In this document: piece by piece, positions 39,135 to 59,732 of the stretch
Layout: the number at the start of each line of letters is the position of its first letter
Numbering within the stretch: the stretch's first letter is position 1
Assembly (NCBI RefSeq): GCF_009914755.1
Contig: NC_060925.1
DNA length: 64,000 bases
Reading direction: 5' to 3' (one strand)
Source of the DNA: the human T2T-CHM13v2.0 reference genome, Homo sapiens
Notes under the pieces: generated by a model
Told to the model about the DNA's origin: nothing
The model's input: only the letters and a program-made list of their open reading frames with translations
Databases searched by the model: none
Position numbers and translations under genes: made by a program

Positions 39135-40458
39135 CATAAATATTAATACTCAGAAAGCCCAATATAACAAGTAATAACTTTTTCAATGAAATATAGCCAG
39201 AAAACAATGAGCCTGACACATTGTGTGTCCTTGTATATGCACACATGCATATGTATGTGTTAAAGGGGTCTTTTAGAAAAGAAACTTTGTGGTGGTGGTG
39301 GTCCTTGCCCAGTTATCTACAAGAGTTTTAAAACAGCTTAACTTGGCTTAACTATTTTTTCAGTAACATTCAACATCTCTTCATAAGCATATAATATAGG
39401 TTGCAATATGTTCTAATGAAAATGGGCATATTAGTAACTGATTATGTTTCTCATAACCTTTTGATTGGACTGCTGCTTTATGCATTCTAGGACCTTCAGC
39501 TCTGACAGAGTAGCCCCCCACCCTCAGAAATAATGTCATTGTTCTTGCTTATAGGGCACCTTTTCCCTCACAAAGAGCTCAAAAGTTCTATCAAGCATGA
39601 TTATATCTTTGCTGTGTAATCGTGAGTTAGGACTGCACAATAATTTTCAGTCAGTGGAAAATTCATGTACAGCATGAATGAATAATTGGTTCTGGTTATA
39701 AATTCAAGAAGACTATATAGAAAGTAATAAAATTCAGGTTTCTCTTCAGTCTAATTAAACCCTTCATTAAAAGCAGTAGTGCAGTATTTGTCCTATAGCC
39801 AGTTGCTGTTATTAAGGTACAATTTTACAACTTAATCTTTCTGTTTTTTTTAACAAATATACCTTACTGTATAAACAAGATGTATTCTTAAAAGGTTACT
39901 AATGAAGTTACTTCTTTGTACAGAATCTTTTTTTCGTATTGTGCATTAAACTAGAGATAATCATAGGAAAGAAAACTTTTTCAATAAGACATCACAAAAT
40001 TAACCTAAACTGTTCAATGTTGAATATCTAAAAGGAAAAAATATTTCCTAAGGAAATCCTCAAAATATGTGACAGCTTAATGCAAATTATATATTTTCAA
40101 TGTTTATCCTAATAATTTAAATATTGCAAGGAGTAATACCTTAACTGATAAACATTAACAAAGTGGTTTAAAAAATTAGGTCTTTCCAATATTCTTTCAC
40201 AAAATAATAGATGTTTAATTTGGTCACATATCCTTTTGGAAGATGCCATAAGCCAGTTTGACTTTTTGTTGTTCTTGAGGGAAGTTGAGTTGAAATGCTG
40301 AAAAGTACAAACAATCACAGCTGTGACTTTGGTTTAAGATATAGTATTAACTAAAGAAAACATTTGATAATAGAAATTATGTTTTATCTGCCATCAGACA
40401 CTAGGTATTTAATGTTTCCTGGTTTATAACAACAATAAGTTACATATTCTCATAATGA

Positions 40459-40840
<382 letters not shown>

Positions 40841-41679
40841 TAAAGAGCAATTTATTTCTAAAATTTTATAATATGCAGTTTATTCAAAGAGATGAATTAA
40901 TAACAAGAGAAGACCATGATTATGTGATAAAATTGACAGGTCTAAATCATAAAATCCAAATGTCCATTAAACACAGGACACAGACTAAGCAAAGTGAAAA
41001 AATTCTTTTTTTAAGTGTCATTAAGAGAGAGACATCAGACAGCAATAACTGGGAGAAGTTTTCCTGTCCTTGTGCCATGAATAGCCAGTAATTGGAAAGA
41101 GTGAGCACATTTGAAAAACAAGTTAAAAACTGGAATGCATAAGTCCATGCCAAAAATTTGCAGAATCCTGAGTCAGCAAATCCAAGTTGCTGCACTGGAA
41201 ATTTATGGGAAAACAACATTCCAGCCAAATTCATGTGGCTTCAGAGGTAATCGTACATTTAAATGGATAAAACCTCTGAATCTAATAGAAAGAAAATCAT
41301 AGATTGTACAATTTTGTCAAAGTGACAGATGTACCAAAATATTGCATAAATTCCATCACTGCTTCAACTGGAATATTTTCCAGCTTTGCAATCGGATAAA
41401 TGCTGTAAAGTGATAGCATGATAGGAAGGACTTAATTTTAATAAATGCAACCAAAATGACGGCATTAAGAGCAAATGTCTCTGGATTCCAGCAGTGTTCC
41501 TCATTATTTGAAATAATACATACATATAAATAGTTAAGGATTTCAAATAATACACAAATATAAATAGTTATCTAGTGACAATTTTATAATAATAAATATT
41601 CTCAATCCTTAATTTATCTGTTATATCTTTATTCATGGTCTGGAAACTTAAATATTCTTAGACTTTAAGAACAGGTATA

Positions 41680-41887
41680 GAATAGGGTTGATAGACTATG
41701 TCTTGTCCAAATCTGGCAAGTCTGTTTTTGTAAATAAAGATTTGTTGCAACAAAACCATGTCTATTTGTTAACATATCGTGTAATATAACAATGGTAGAA
41801 TTGAGTAGAGACAGAGACCATATGGACTGGAGAGCCTGAAACATTTGCAATGTGGCCCTTTACAGAGAATGTTTGCTGACTCCTGGC
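41680..41887 (-). mobile_element. MER58A
   Basis: ccaaatctggc...tgtttttgtaaataaag...tggccctttacagagaatgtttgctgactcctg. Confidence 0.8.
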
Positions 41888-42749
41888 ATAGAATATAGTG
41901 AACTGTAGAGCACATATTTTTCATAAAAACATTCATATTTAAACAATGGTCAAGCCAGACAAAACAGGCCAGATTCAGATGACTGGCCAGTGCTAGAAAA
42001 AGAGATGAAGATCCTGTGTCAGCACTGTCACTAATTTTCTGTGTGATATGGAGCAAGTCACCAATTCTCCTCTAGTAAAAAGGGAGTGTCTCCCTTTGCT
42101 GAGGTTACAGTGCATAAGGCCAAATGGCAAAACCACATCATCTTTAAGGGGAATGTGACACTAAGCCAAAGAACTATGTCCAAAATAATCATAAATGCAA
42201 GGAGAGCCTGAAGTGAATATTGGGAGCGGAGGCGCAGAGCCTAACAGGTCAGAGTTTCAAGCAGGCAAATGAGGATGATCTAATCTAATTTAAATACTCA
42301 CAATAACCTACTTAAATAAACCTAGGGCTGTGTTTTCATAAATTAAGTATGTCTATGATTTCACAGACTGAGATACACAAGAACTGTTTCATCTTCTGCA
42401 AAATGAAGTTTTGATAGAAAAACTTCTGGCAAAGTGTGCTTCTAGTCTAAGAAATGTCCTGCAGGAAACAAAGAAAGAAAAAGTTCCTTGGTTACATAAA
42501 CAGGAAGTAGTTTAAACTATTTCCATCTGTTAGAGATTCACAACGAACATTTGTATATTTTGTCTGAGAAGTCCTGCCAATAAGAAGCGTAACATTTTTT
42601 TCAACAAGCTTTGCCAAAATGTACTGGCCATCTGAAATTTTTTAAAAATCATGCAACACTTATAAATCCTTGGAAAAACTTTAGAAAACACTTTCTTAGA
42701 CGATCTCTAAAGCTTTTTCAAACTCTGAAAGCTTTCACTAAGTATTTTA

Positions 42750-42987
42750 ATAACTAACACAGAGAGTATTTATCATGTGTCAGGCACTATTTACATGGTT
42801 TACCTATATTAACTATTTTAATCATAACAGTAACCCTATAACATAGGGATTCTTATTATCATTCTTATAGATGACAAAACTGAGGTTCAAAGATGTTATT
42901 TAGCTTGTTCAAAGTCAAACAGCTAGTGAGTGGTGGAACCAGGATTCAGACCCAGGTAGTTTGAGTCCAGGGTCCGTGGTCTTAGCT
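42750..42987. mobile_element. MIR
   Basis: tgtgtcaggcact...agatgacaaaactgaggttca...ggattcagacccagg. Confidence 0.75.
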
Positions 42988-44479
42988 ATTTTATATATAT
43001 ATAAATTTATATATATATTTTATATGTATATTTTATATATATAATATATATATTATATACATATTTTATATATAATATATATATTATATACATATTTTAT
43101 ATATAATATATATATTATATACATATTTTGTATATATAATATATATTATATACATATTTTATATATATAATATATATATTATATACATATTTTATATATA
43201 TAATATATATATTATATACATATTTTATATATATAATATATATAATATACATATTTTATATATAATATATATTATATACATATTTTATATATATTATATA
43301 TTATATACATATTTTATATATATAATATATATATTATATACATATTTCATATATATAATATATATTATATACATATTTCATATATAATATATATATTATA
43401 TACATATTTTATATATTATATATTATATACATATTTTATATATTATATATATTATATACATATTTTATATATTATATATATTATATACATATTTTATATA
43501 TTATATACATATTTTATATATAATATATATAATATACATATTTTATATATATAATATATATAATATACATATTTTATATATATAATATATATAATATACA
43601 TATTTTATATATATAATATATATAATATACATATTTTATATATATAATATATATAATATACATATTTTATATATATAATATATATAATATACATATTTTA
43701 TATATAATATATATAATATATATAATATACATATTTTATATATAATATATATAATATACATATTTTATATATATAATATATATAATATACATATTTTATA
43801 TATATAATATATATAATATACATATTTTATATATAATATATATAATATACATATTTTATATATATAATATATATAATATACATATTTTATATATATAATA
43901 TATATTATATACATATTTTATATATATAATATATATTATATACATATTTTATATATATAATATATATTATATACATATTTTATATATATAATATATATTA
44001 TATACATATTTTATATATATAATATATATTATATACATATTTTATATATATAATATATATTATATACATATTTTATATATATAATATATATTATATACAT
44101 ATTTTATATATATAATATATATTATATACATATTTTATATATATAATATATATTATATACATATTTTATATATATAATATATATTATATACATATTTTAT
44201 ATATATAATATATATTATATACATATTTTATATATATAATATATATTATATACATATTTTATATATATAATATATATATTATATACATATTTTATATATA
44301 TAATATATATATTATATACATATTTTATATATATAATATATATTACATACATATTTTATATATAAAAATAAAATTTTATTATATATAATATAAATATATT
44401 TTATATAAAATAAAAATATAAATATAAAATATAAATATATATTATATATATTATATATATAAAACTATATATATATATA
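42988..44479. repeat. AT-rich minisatellite (VNTR), ~27-33 bp unit, modal 31 bp ACATATTTTATATATATAATATATATTATAT, roughly 45 copies
   Basis: Period read from C-to-C spacing (e.g. 43943 to 43974). Confidence 0.97.
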
Positions 44480-45694
44480 GTTTTGTTGTTGCACTTCAGA
44501 TATTCAGAGAAGTAAAAACTACCTAAACATCTCACCCAATATTTCTTTTATCATTTGAATTTTTAAAAAACCTATTATTGGAAATGTCAGGAAGTTAACA
44601 CAAGATTTGAACATACAGAGACTGGTGCACTTTGCCTTATCTGCCTTTAGCTCCATGCATATTCCACAATAAGTAAACTAACGTATCCTCATTATAGTAT
44701 TCATTAAAATAGGCCTGTCAGGATTTTTCATTGACCATTGTTAATTAATTATAGCTGCCTCCTTGGCAACTATCAATTAATTATAGATGCCTGATAGAAA
44801 TTGCGTGGTTTCTCTTTGTAAATATTCTAGAATTCCAGCTTCTTACTGGTAAAGAATCATTCATTCATGCCTGTGTAAATGTCTTCATTTAACCGTCACT
44901 GGTTGAGAAGCTATTTATGTTGTGAATAACATTGGCAAGTTACTTGCGCTCACGGACTTTAAATCTAGCAGAGGGAGAAAAACAACAAATAAACAAATAA
45001 AAACTAAGATATTTTCAGTGGTGTTAATAAGAAAATAAAATAGGGTAATATATAAAATGAAGGCAAGAAGGATAGTTTATTTTGGTTGGTGGAAAATGGA
45101 CTAACTTATGAGCTGAGATGAGGAAAAGGGACTGGCTATGAGAAGATTTACAGGAATAACATTACAGGCAGGAGCAACAGCAATAATAAAAGCAATGATT
45201 TAGAAATTTTACACATTTCAACAATTTTACATGTATAATGTAACTATAGATTGGTAAATATTTTATACCACCATTTTTATTAGAACTTTCTCCTTAAGAT
45301 AACTGAGTTAATATGCAAATGAGTCTAAATAATCAGCAAGATATTTGGTTCAGAGGGATGAAGTTCAAATAGTTAGCATTACTGATGGAGAATGTGTGCC
45401 AAACTTGTGATCAAGTCCTAATATTTGCTCCGTGACCTACAGTAGAGATCATATCTTCAGGTTCAGCTATTTGTATAGGGAAATCACACCAATGGACTTC
45501 CATGTGGAGAAAGGGAGATAGGCCCCAGAGCCACCAGTGCTTACTTTCATGAAGAAGGCGTAGAGCCAATGAGTGCATTCCTCAGGTAGGCTAGTTTGAA
45601 TAGCTAAGGGAAAGCCACATGGGAACCCACCTAGTAGCATAAGGAGGTAACAAATGGAGGTAAGATGCTTACTTTTCTGACAATCAGTAAAGAG

Positions 45695-45870
45695 AGGAGA
45701 CATTTGACAATGTCTGGAGACATTGTGATGGTAACAACTGTAAAGAGTGCTGCTGGTATCTAGTGGGTACTTTGGATGCTGCTAAACATCTTAGAGTGCA
45801 CAAGATAGTCCCCCACAACAAACAATTATCTCATACAAAATGTCAGTTGTGCCAAGGTTGACAAACACTA
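45695..45870 (+). mobile_element. MER20 (a second fragment lies at ~46330-46434)
   Basis: gacatttgacaatgtctggagacatt...ggatgctgctaaacatc...aaaatgtca. Confidence 0.8.
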
Positions 45871-47345
45871 CATCCCAGAAGTTTCCTTTTCCATTCATGA
45901 GAGTAGGACAATAGACTTTCCTGCAACATACTCTAATGGGAATTTTTAGAGCTTCTTCACTTTGGACCAAAATCTTTTAAATCCTTTGAGGTTGTATTGC
46001 ATATATAAGATTATGTGCATAATGCTATCTCGAGCTACAATCTCAAAAAAATCTGTTGATTATATCTCAACTTTAGAATTACTCTTTCAGTATTTTCATT
46101 ATTTCTCTTTACATTTGCAAGTACATGTGATTTTCATAACAAGTTTCTCTAAAACCTAGCTCAAATGCCACTTCTTAAAATTATTCCTAATTACTGAACT
46201 GTTTGTTGTTCCTTCTTCTGTGTTCCTATAGCAATCTATCCATACTTTTATCGTGGCACTTGTCACTCTATGAAGTAATTATTTATTTAAAGGTCATTCC
46301 CATTTAGAAAATAAGCCCTTCAGAGCAGAGGCTGTGTAGGATGTGCTAAACATCCTACAATGCACACGATAGCCCCCTATGTCAAAGAATTAACCAGTCC
46401 AAAATGTCAGTAGTGCTGAGGTGGAGAAACCCTGCGTCTCTGGAATCTTTGTAACTCCAGTGCCCACAGGGCGCCTGCCACAAAGAAGCACGTTATAGGA
46501 ATGAATGAATGAATGATTGCTCACAAAGAACAATACTAACATAAAAATACCATGAGTTCTATTTTATTTTTCTGAGAAAATCTTACTTGTTTGTATGCTC
46601 ATGAAATTAAAAACCCTGTTACATATGTTCATCTAAAAGGAACATTTTTTTTGGACAATTTGACAGAATGATTATAGTTTAGCAACTGGCACACGAACAA
46701 GAAAAGTAATAGACTGTGTTATGGACTGTCTAAAATCTTGTGGGTAAGTGAAGACAGTCAAACTTAGAAGAGTGAAATACAGCCAATAATACTGAATGCC
46801 ATCTCTGAAAACAGAAATAAGAATGTAATATTTTAAAGGTACAAAACGTAGGGAAACAGCAGAAAGACAACTTCAAAAGTGGAAAATGTAGTGACAGAAT
46901 GAAACTATAGTGATGATAATTAAAAACTGATGGAAACTACGGTCATATAAATAAAATGAGATAAAATTAAAATAGAAGAAATGGTATTTTAAATAAATAA
47001 GCTTCAGGAAATGGGTCATAAAACCCTATGGGACAGCTTTTCTTTCCCCCAGAACAAGCAAAAGAAAATTGTTGCCCATTCAAAAGACTGTCAAAGGAAT
47101 AGTAGGAAGCTATATTATAAATTTTAAAATATGGTTTCCCGGGCATGAAGTTATGAACCAAAGGTTTCAAAAGCAATAGAAAAAGACTTAGAGGTGGCAT
47201 AGAGTGTACCTTTCTTCCCACAAAAGGAATCGATCAAATTTAAACTACACTAATATAAAGGTAAGAAATAATTTTTTTTAATACATTGTCTTGGTCAGAA
47301 AGTATCTACAGAGTAGAGTTTAATTCTAACTGCCACCAGGCCCTC

Positions 47346-47501
47346 AGAGATAGGAAATGTTTCAGGCTCTGCAGTCCATAGGGTGTCATTCTCAACTATT
47401 CAGTTCTGTGGTTGTAGTACACAAGCAGCCAAATGTATTTGCTAGATACATTAGCAAATAAATATGACCGTGTTCCAATAAAACTTTATTTACAAAAACA
47501 A
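47346..47501 (+). mobile_element. MER58A fragment abutting the PIN1 retrocopy
   Basis: cagagataggaaatgtttcaggc...tgtgttccaataaaactttatttacaaaaaca. Confidence 0.75.
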
Positions 47502-47502
47502 G

Positions 47503-48492
<990 letters not shown>

Positions 48493-49485
48493 CCACCAAG
48501 GATGCCAGATAGACTTGAGCATGCTCTGTTTTGGAAAATAAACATTGGCAAATTTTAGTAAGTCTAAATTGAATAATCAGTGTGTTTAGGAGTCTGGAAA
48601 CACTATTATACAAGGGATTTAAGAGATCATTAATATTTATCCTATACAAAGATAAGTCCTATTACTAATAAAATATTCCTTAATACACTGAAGCATAAGA
48701 TATCACTCATTTTTTCTTTTAATAAAATTAGTTTTGTCTTGGGCCTCAACCACTGGACTGGCAAAAATCCACTCTCAGCTTTATATCATACTCTCCTGGG
48801 ACATCAGTGAGAACTACGGAATTCATAGAATCCCAGAAATTGCAGAAAGACCTCTGGTCTTTAGCTCATTATGGTTCTCACTAGAATACATGTTGCCTAG
48901 AACTATACAGTCAAGTCAAAAGCAGGTGACCTACTATTCCTATGAGCATTTCTTATTCACTTGACACACTTAGTTACTTGGTCCTTCATCTGGGCCCCCA
49001 ATACTTTGGTGCTTATTGTTTGTTTGTTGGGTACGTGGTCTCAGAGTAAGGTTTGAGAGAATCTGCCACTCCATATTCCCAGGCTCAGAAGACAATTTAA
49101 TTCTCTCCTCATGGGCCCCAACTATTCCCCAAGCCCCTTTCCCTGGAAGCACCTATTCAGTGGTATAGATTTAGTGAGAGGTGTAGCAGATGTTCTCCTT
49201 AAAACATTGGCCAAGGTTTCACAACCATCTTTGGGCTGCTGGTGGTCCCACACAGGACATTCTGGGTATCTTGAAACATATTTTAAGATCTGGGGGGAGA
49301 AAGGAGACTGATAGATTTGGAAAAAGTAACAATTCAAGAACGTGTGTGGTAAACTCCAAGTAAGTCATGCAAAAGGAAGAAAATGGAATGTGGGTTAAAA
49401 AGGAGAGTTCGTTTTCAGGTAGAGTAGATAAGATTTTATTCCTCGAGTCTTTATTTCCAGTGAAGACTTTTTGCCTGAGCTCCAG

Positions 49486-49521
49486 ACACACACATACACA
49501 CACACAAACACACACACACAC
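49486..49521. repeat. Interrupted (CA)n microsatellite
   Basis: Direct reading. Confidence 0.9.
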
Positions 49522-50082
49522 TTTTTCCTAATATAAGTGTCTTGCATTCACCTCAAAGCCAATATAGTATTTAAAATACAATCCATTACATTCAACCTAT
49601 CTCCACCTTAGATTTATTCCATTCTAATATACTCTCACTCCTATTCAACTAAGAGACTATCTTTAATTTTTTCCTCTCCTTTACATCTGACATCCAATCA
49701 GTCATCATCATTAATCAAGTCATGTCTTTTTCCAAAGCATCTCTCCTATCTGACATCACATTATTCATATTGCCATTGCCTTATTTCTGGCCCCAATTAT
49801 ATCCCACATGAATTTCAAAACAGTCTGTTATCTGGCCTTATGGCTAACATATCCTGTCCCCATTGCCCACATCATTCCAAGTTGCTGATGTGAGCTTTCT
49901 AAAATAAAAACCTGGTATCTTTTTCCTACCTGAATCTTAAAGCCTTCCATTGCCTTCAAGCTAAAACTCAAATTCCTTAGCTTGACACAGGAGATAATCT
50001 CATGATCTAGTGCTTACCTACATATTATTTCTTACTACTTCCTACCATTTTTCTTATTTCTTATCAATTCTTACATTCATTC

Positions 50083-50457
<375 letters not shown>

Positions 50458-50950
50458 TGACATTTTCTCCTGAAATGACCATCTCCCCTGACTCCTCCAA
50501 AGTAAAGCTTCAGTAAAGCCTTCTATTTTCTATTCCTACCTCCCCCAAGGCTGAAAAAGTACCTCTCCTTTTTGTTCTCTAGCAACCTACACGTATGATT
50601 TTTACGGCAAATGCCATATTGGGTAGAAATTGTTCATTCCACTTGTAATTTCTCTCGATTATGAACTACTTAATACTGGGGACAACACCTTTCATCTTTA
50701 AAACCTTAAACTTGGGAGAAAATAGAAAATCAATGTATTTTTGTTATGGAATAAATAATTTTGAGTGATAAATGGGTAAAAAGCATATTGGATAGAAGAA
50801 AGAGCATTGGCAAAAGCTTACAACTTCTAAAACTAATCATCTCAAAATTACCACTAATCTCCATGTTGTCAAATTAAGTGGTCAGTTCTCAGATCTGTCA
50901 GCGGCTTTTGTCGCAATTGGTCATAGCATCCACCTCGAAATACTATTCTT

Positions 50951-57124
<6,174 letters not shown>

Positions 57125-57138
57125 GAAATACTGTTCTT

Positions 57139-58440
57139 ATTTGGCTTCCAGGACTTTACATTCTTCTTATTTTTTCTCCTATGTCCCTAGTCACTTTTCA
57201 GTTTTACTTATTTGTTCTTCATATCCATTCAGACCTATTCTCTTTTTATCTACATTCATGCCCTTGGTGATCTATATTCTCAAGACCTCACAATAGTATT
57301 TTTTCTTCATCTGTTATAGGTAAATGCACAAACTGGCCCAGTTGGAAAGACTTGACCTAGGCAATAATGAATTCAGTGAGCTGGTAAGCCATCTCTATGC
57401 TACCATGCTCAAATTATGTCTTTCCTAGACTCTTTTCTTGATGTCTATGCTTGTTTATGCAACTGAATGATTAACATCTCTAGTTGACTCTAGAGTAGAA
57501 ATTTCCAACTGAACACCTAAAACTGAACTTCCAGTCTACCCAAAACCCTGCTCCACTTGGTCTTCCTCATCAGTCACTTGCAACTCCATCCTTCTAGTTG
57601 TTCAGACCAAAACACACCTTTAGTCACAGTCAGCTCTCATTCCCCACAGCTGACTCATCAAGACATTTAGTTCTTATCTTAACTATATCCAGAACCCTAC
57701 CACATCTCAGCACCTTTACCATTGCCTTATTATGGCCACCACTGTGGCCATAAATTTTTTATAATAAGAAAGAAGTAAAATAGATTCAGTCCAAGCCACC
57801 ATCACCTCTTATTTGACTTATTACATTAGCCTTCTCTTTGATCTTCCTTCTTCTACTGTTGTCCCCCTCAGTCTGTTTATAAGCCTGCAATCACAGATAT
57901 TCTTCTAAAACAAATCATTTCAGAAACATCTTTCATAAAAACCTTTCAGTGGCCCCCTATCCTACTCAGAATCAAAGCCAAAGTCTCTACATTGTGCTGT
58001 AAGATCGCATATTATGCAACTCCCCATTACATCATCTTTCTACTCCTCCCTCTCTCTCTCTTCTTTAGCCATACTGGTCTGCTAGGATGTCTTCAAGCAA
58101 GTAAAATGTCCCTGCTTTAGAATCTCCATATTAGCATGCTTTTTCATTTCCTTTCTGCCTTGGCTCCAATTTCGTATTCTCATTGAGGCCTTACCTGATC
58201 ACCCTACTAAAAATTAAATCCTTATATGAATTCTCTCTATCTACCTCCTCTGCTTAACTTTTCTCTGTAGCACTTGTAACCTTTTAATATGTTATTTTAT
58301 TTTATTTTATTATTTTGTTTACTCTGATTCTTCCCTGCTGAATGTAAAGTCCTTTGAGGTAGGAATTTTTATCTGTTTTGTTCTCTGCCATACCCCAGAT
58401 CAGCACATAATACTCTCTCAATAATAGTTGCTGAGTGAAG
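57139..58440 (+). mobile_element. L2 LINE remnant (5' part at ~50850-50950)
   Basis: tctacattcatgcccttggtgatct, aaaactgaactt, gtccaagccaccatcacctct, ctcagaatcaaagccaaagtc, gaatgtaaagtcctttgagg; L2-like 3' end. Confidence 0.75.
57320..57383 (+). pseudogene. Duplicated LRRC7 exon (pseudo-exon) with in-frame stop and intact AG/GT
   Basis: 62/64 identical to 59669-59732; TCA>TAA and GGT>AGT; flanked by ctgttatAG and GTaagc. Confidence 0.95.
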
Positions 58441-58789
58441 AAAGAGTACATACTTTTTTTGCATTTCTGAGTATCTGATAGCATCCGGATTGCAGTAATA
58501 TTTCATTTAAGGTTCATAAAAGCCCTATAAGGTAATTTCTACATCCATTTTAAATGTGATAAAACTAAAATTTCTAAGATTTCAATCAATGGTGTCTGAA
58601 GAATTCCTGTATAGGCAGGACTTAAGGACAGAATTCTGATTAGTGGAGAGATAAAAAAAAATCTTTCAGAAAAGCACTGTATTTTCTCATAGTGTATGTT
58701 TACTTGAGAGTGCTTTGAGAAATGCTGACTGCATATGGAGTGCACTTGGGTTCCCTGAACTTTTGACATCAACTCTTGCCCAAGGTTTG

Positions 58790-59157
58790 TGTATTAGTCT
58801 GTTTTCACACTGCTATAAAGAAGTGCTCCAGACTGGGTAATTTATATAGAAAAGAGGTTTAATTGACTCACAGTTCCACATGGCTGGGCAGGCTTCAGGA
58901 AACTTAAAATCATGGCCGAAGGGGAAGCAGGCACATCTTATATGGCAGCAGGCGAGAGAGAACATGTGAAGGAGGAACTGTCAAACACTTATAAAACCTT
59001 CAGATCTCATGAGAATTCTCACTTTCATGAGAACAGCATAGGAGAAACCACCCCCATGATCCAATCACCTCCCACCAGGTCCCTTCCTCAGTATACGATT
59101 ATGGGGATTACAATTCAAGATGAGATTTGGGTCAGGACACAGACCAAAACTGTATCA
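58790..59157 (-). mobile_element. MSTA-type MaLR solo LTR
   Basis: tgtattagtc...ctgggtaattt...aattgactcacagttcc...gagatttgggt...tatca. Confidence 0.9.
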
Positions 59158-59668
59158 GTGTGACAACTATTCATAGCTATAGCAGCTTTCAAGTCAATAT
59201 GTTTGGGAGACAATGACTACAATTTGTCTGTAACAGAAGTTCATTTAAAGGAGTAGAAAATAATAAGACTGATGATGAAATGGTGCCATATTATGAGATT
59301 TTAGAATGGTTTGCTGAGAATTGGTTTCAGCCATTGATTCCCAATCCTGTGGTGACTCTTAAAAATATTGAAGTGGGGCCCCACCCTACACCTCCCACTG
59401 GTGTAGATATTTAATAAGCTTCTTGGATTTTTGTTAAGGAGCCAGCCTTGCATGCCAACCATATTGGCATTTGTGAACAGATGCTGTAGCTTTTCAGCTG
59501 GCAGTTTGCATAGATTTTGTGTATTTGAGATTTACTTGTTGCTGAAGAGTACCCCCAGTTTTGTGCACTACGCAATCAGGTAAATCTGACAGGAAGGTGG
59601 TTGGAATGTCTTTTAGAGCAATGTATCATGCACTACCTCACAATAGTATTTTTCTCCATCTGTTGTAG

Positions 59669-59732
59669 GTCAATGCACAAACTGGCCCAGTTGGAAAGAC
59701 TTGACCTAGGCAATAATGAATTCGGTGAGCTG
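59669..59732 (+). CDS. LRRC7: LRRC7 (Densin-180) internal coding exon, 64 nt, phase 2 to phase 0: SMHKLAQLERLDLGNNEFGEL
   Basis: tttttctccatctgttgtAG acceptor and CTG|GTAAGC donor; LxxLxxLxLxxNxF LRR consensus. The peptide matches my recollection of Densin-180, and PIN1P1 lies nearby. Confidence 0.92.

Noticed and set aside
42988-44479. CRISPR-like array
   Set aside because: Head-to-tail units with no unique spacers, in a mammalian context.
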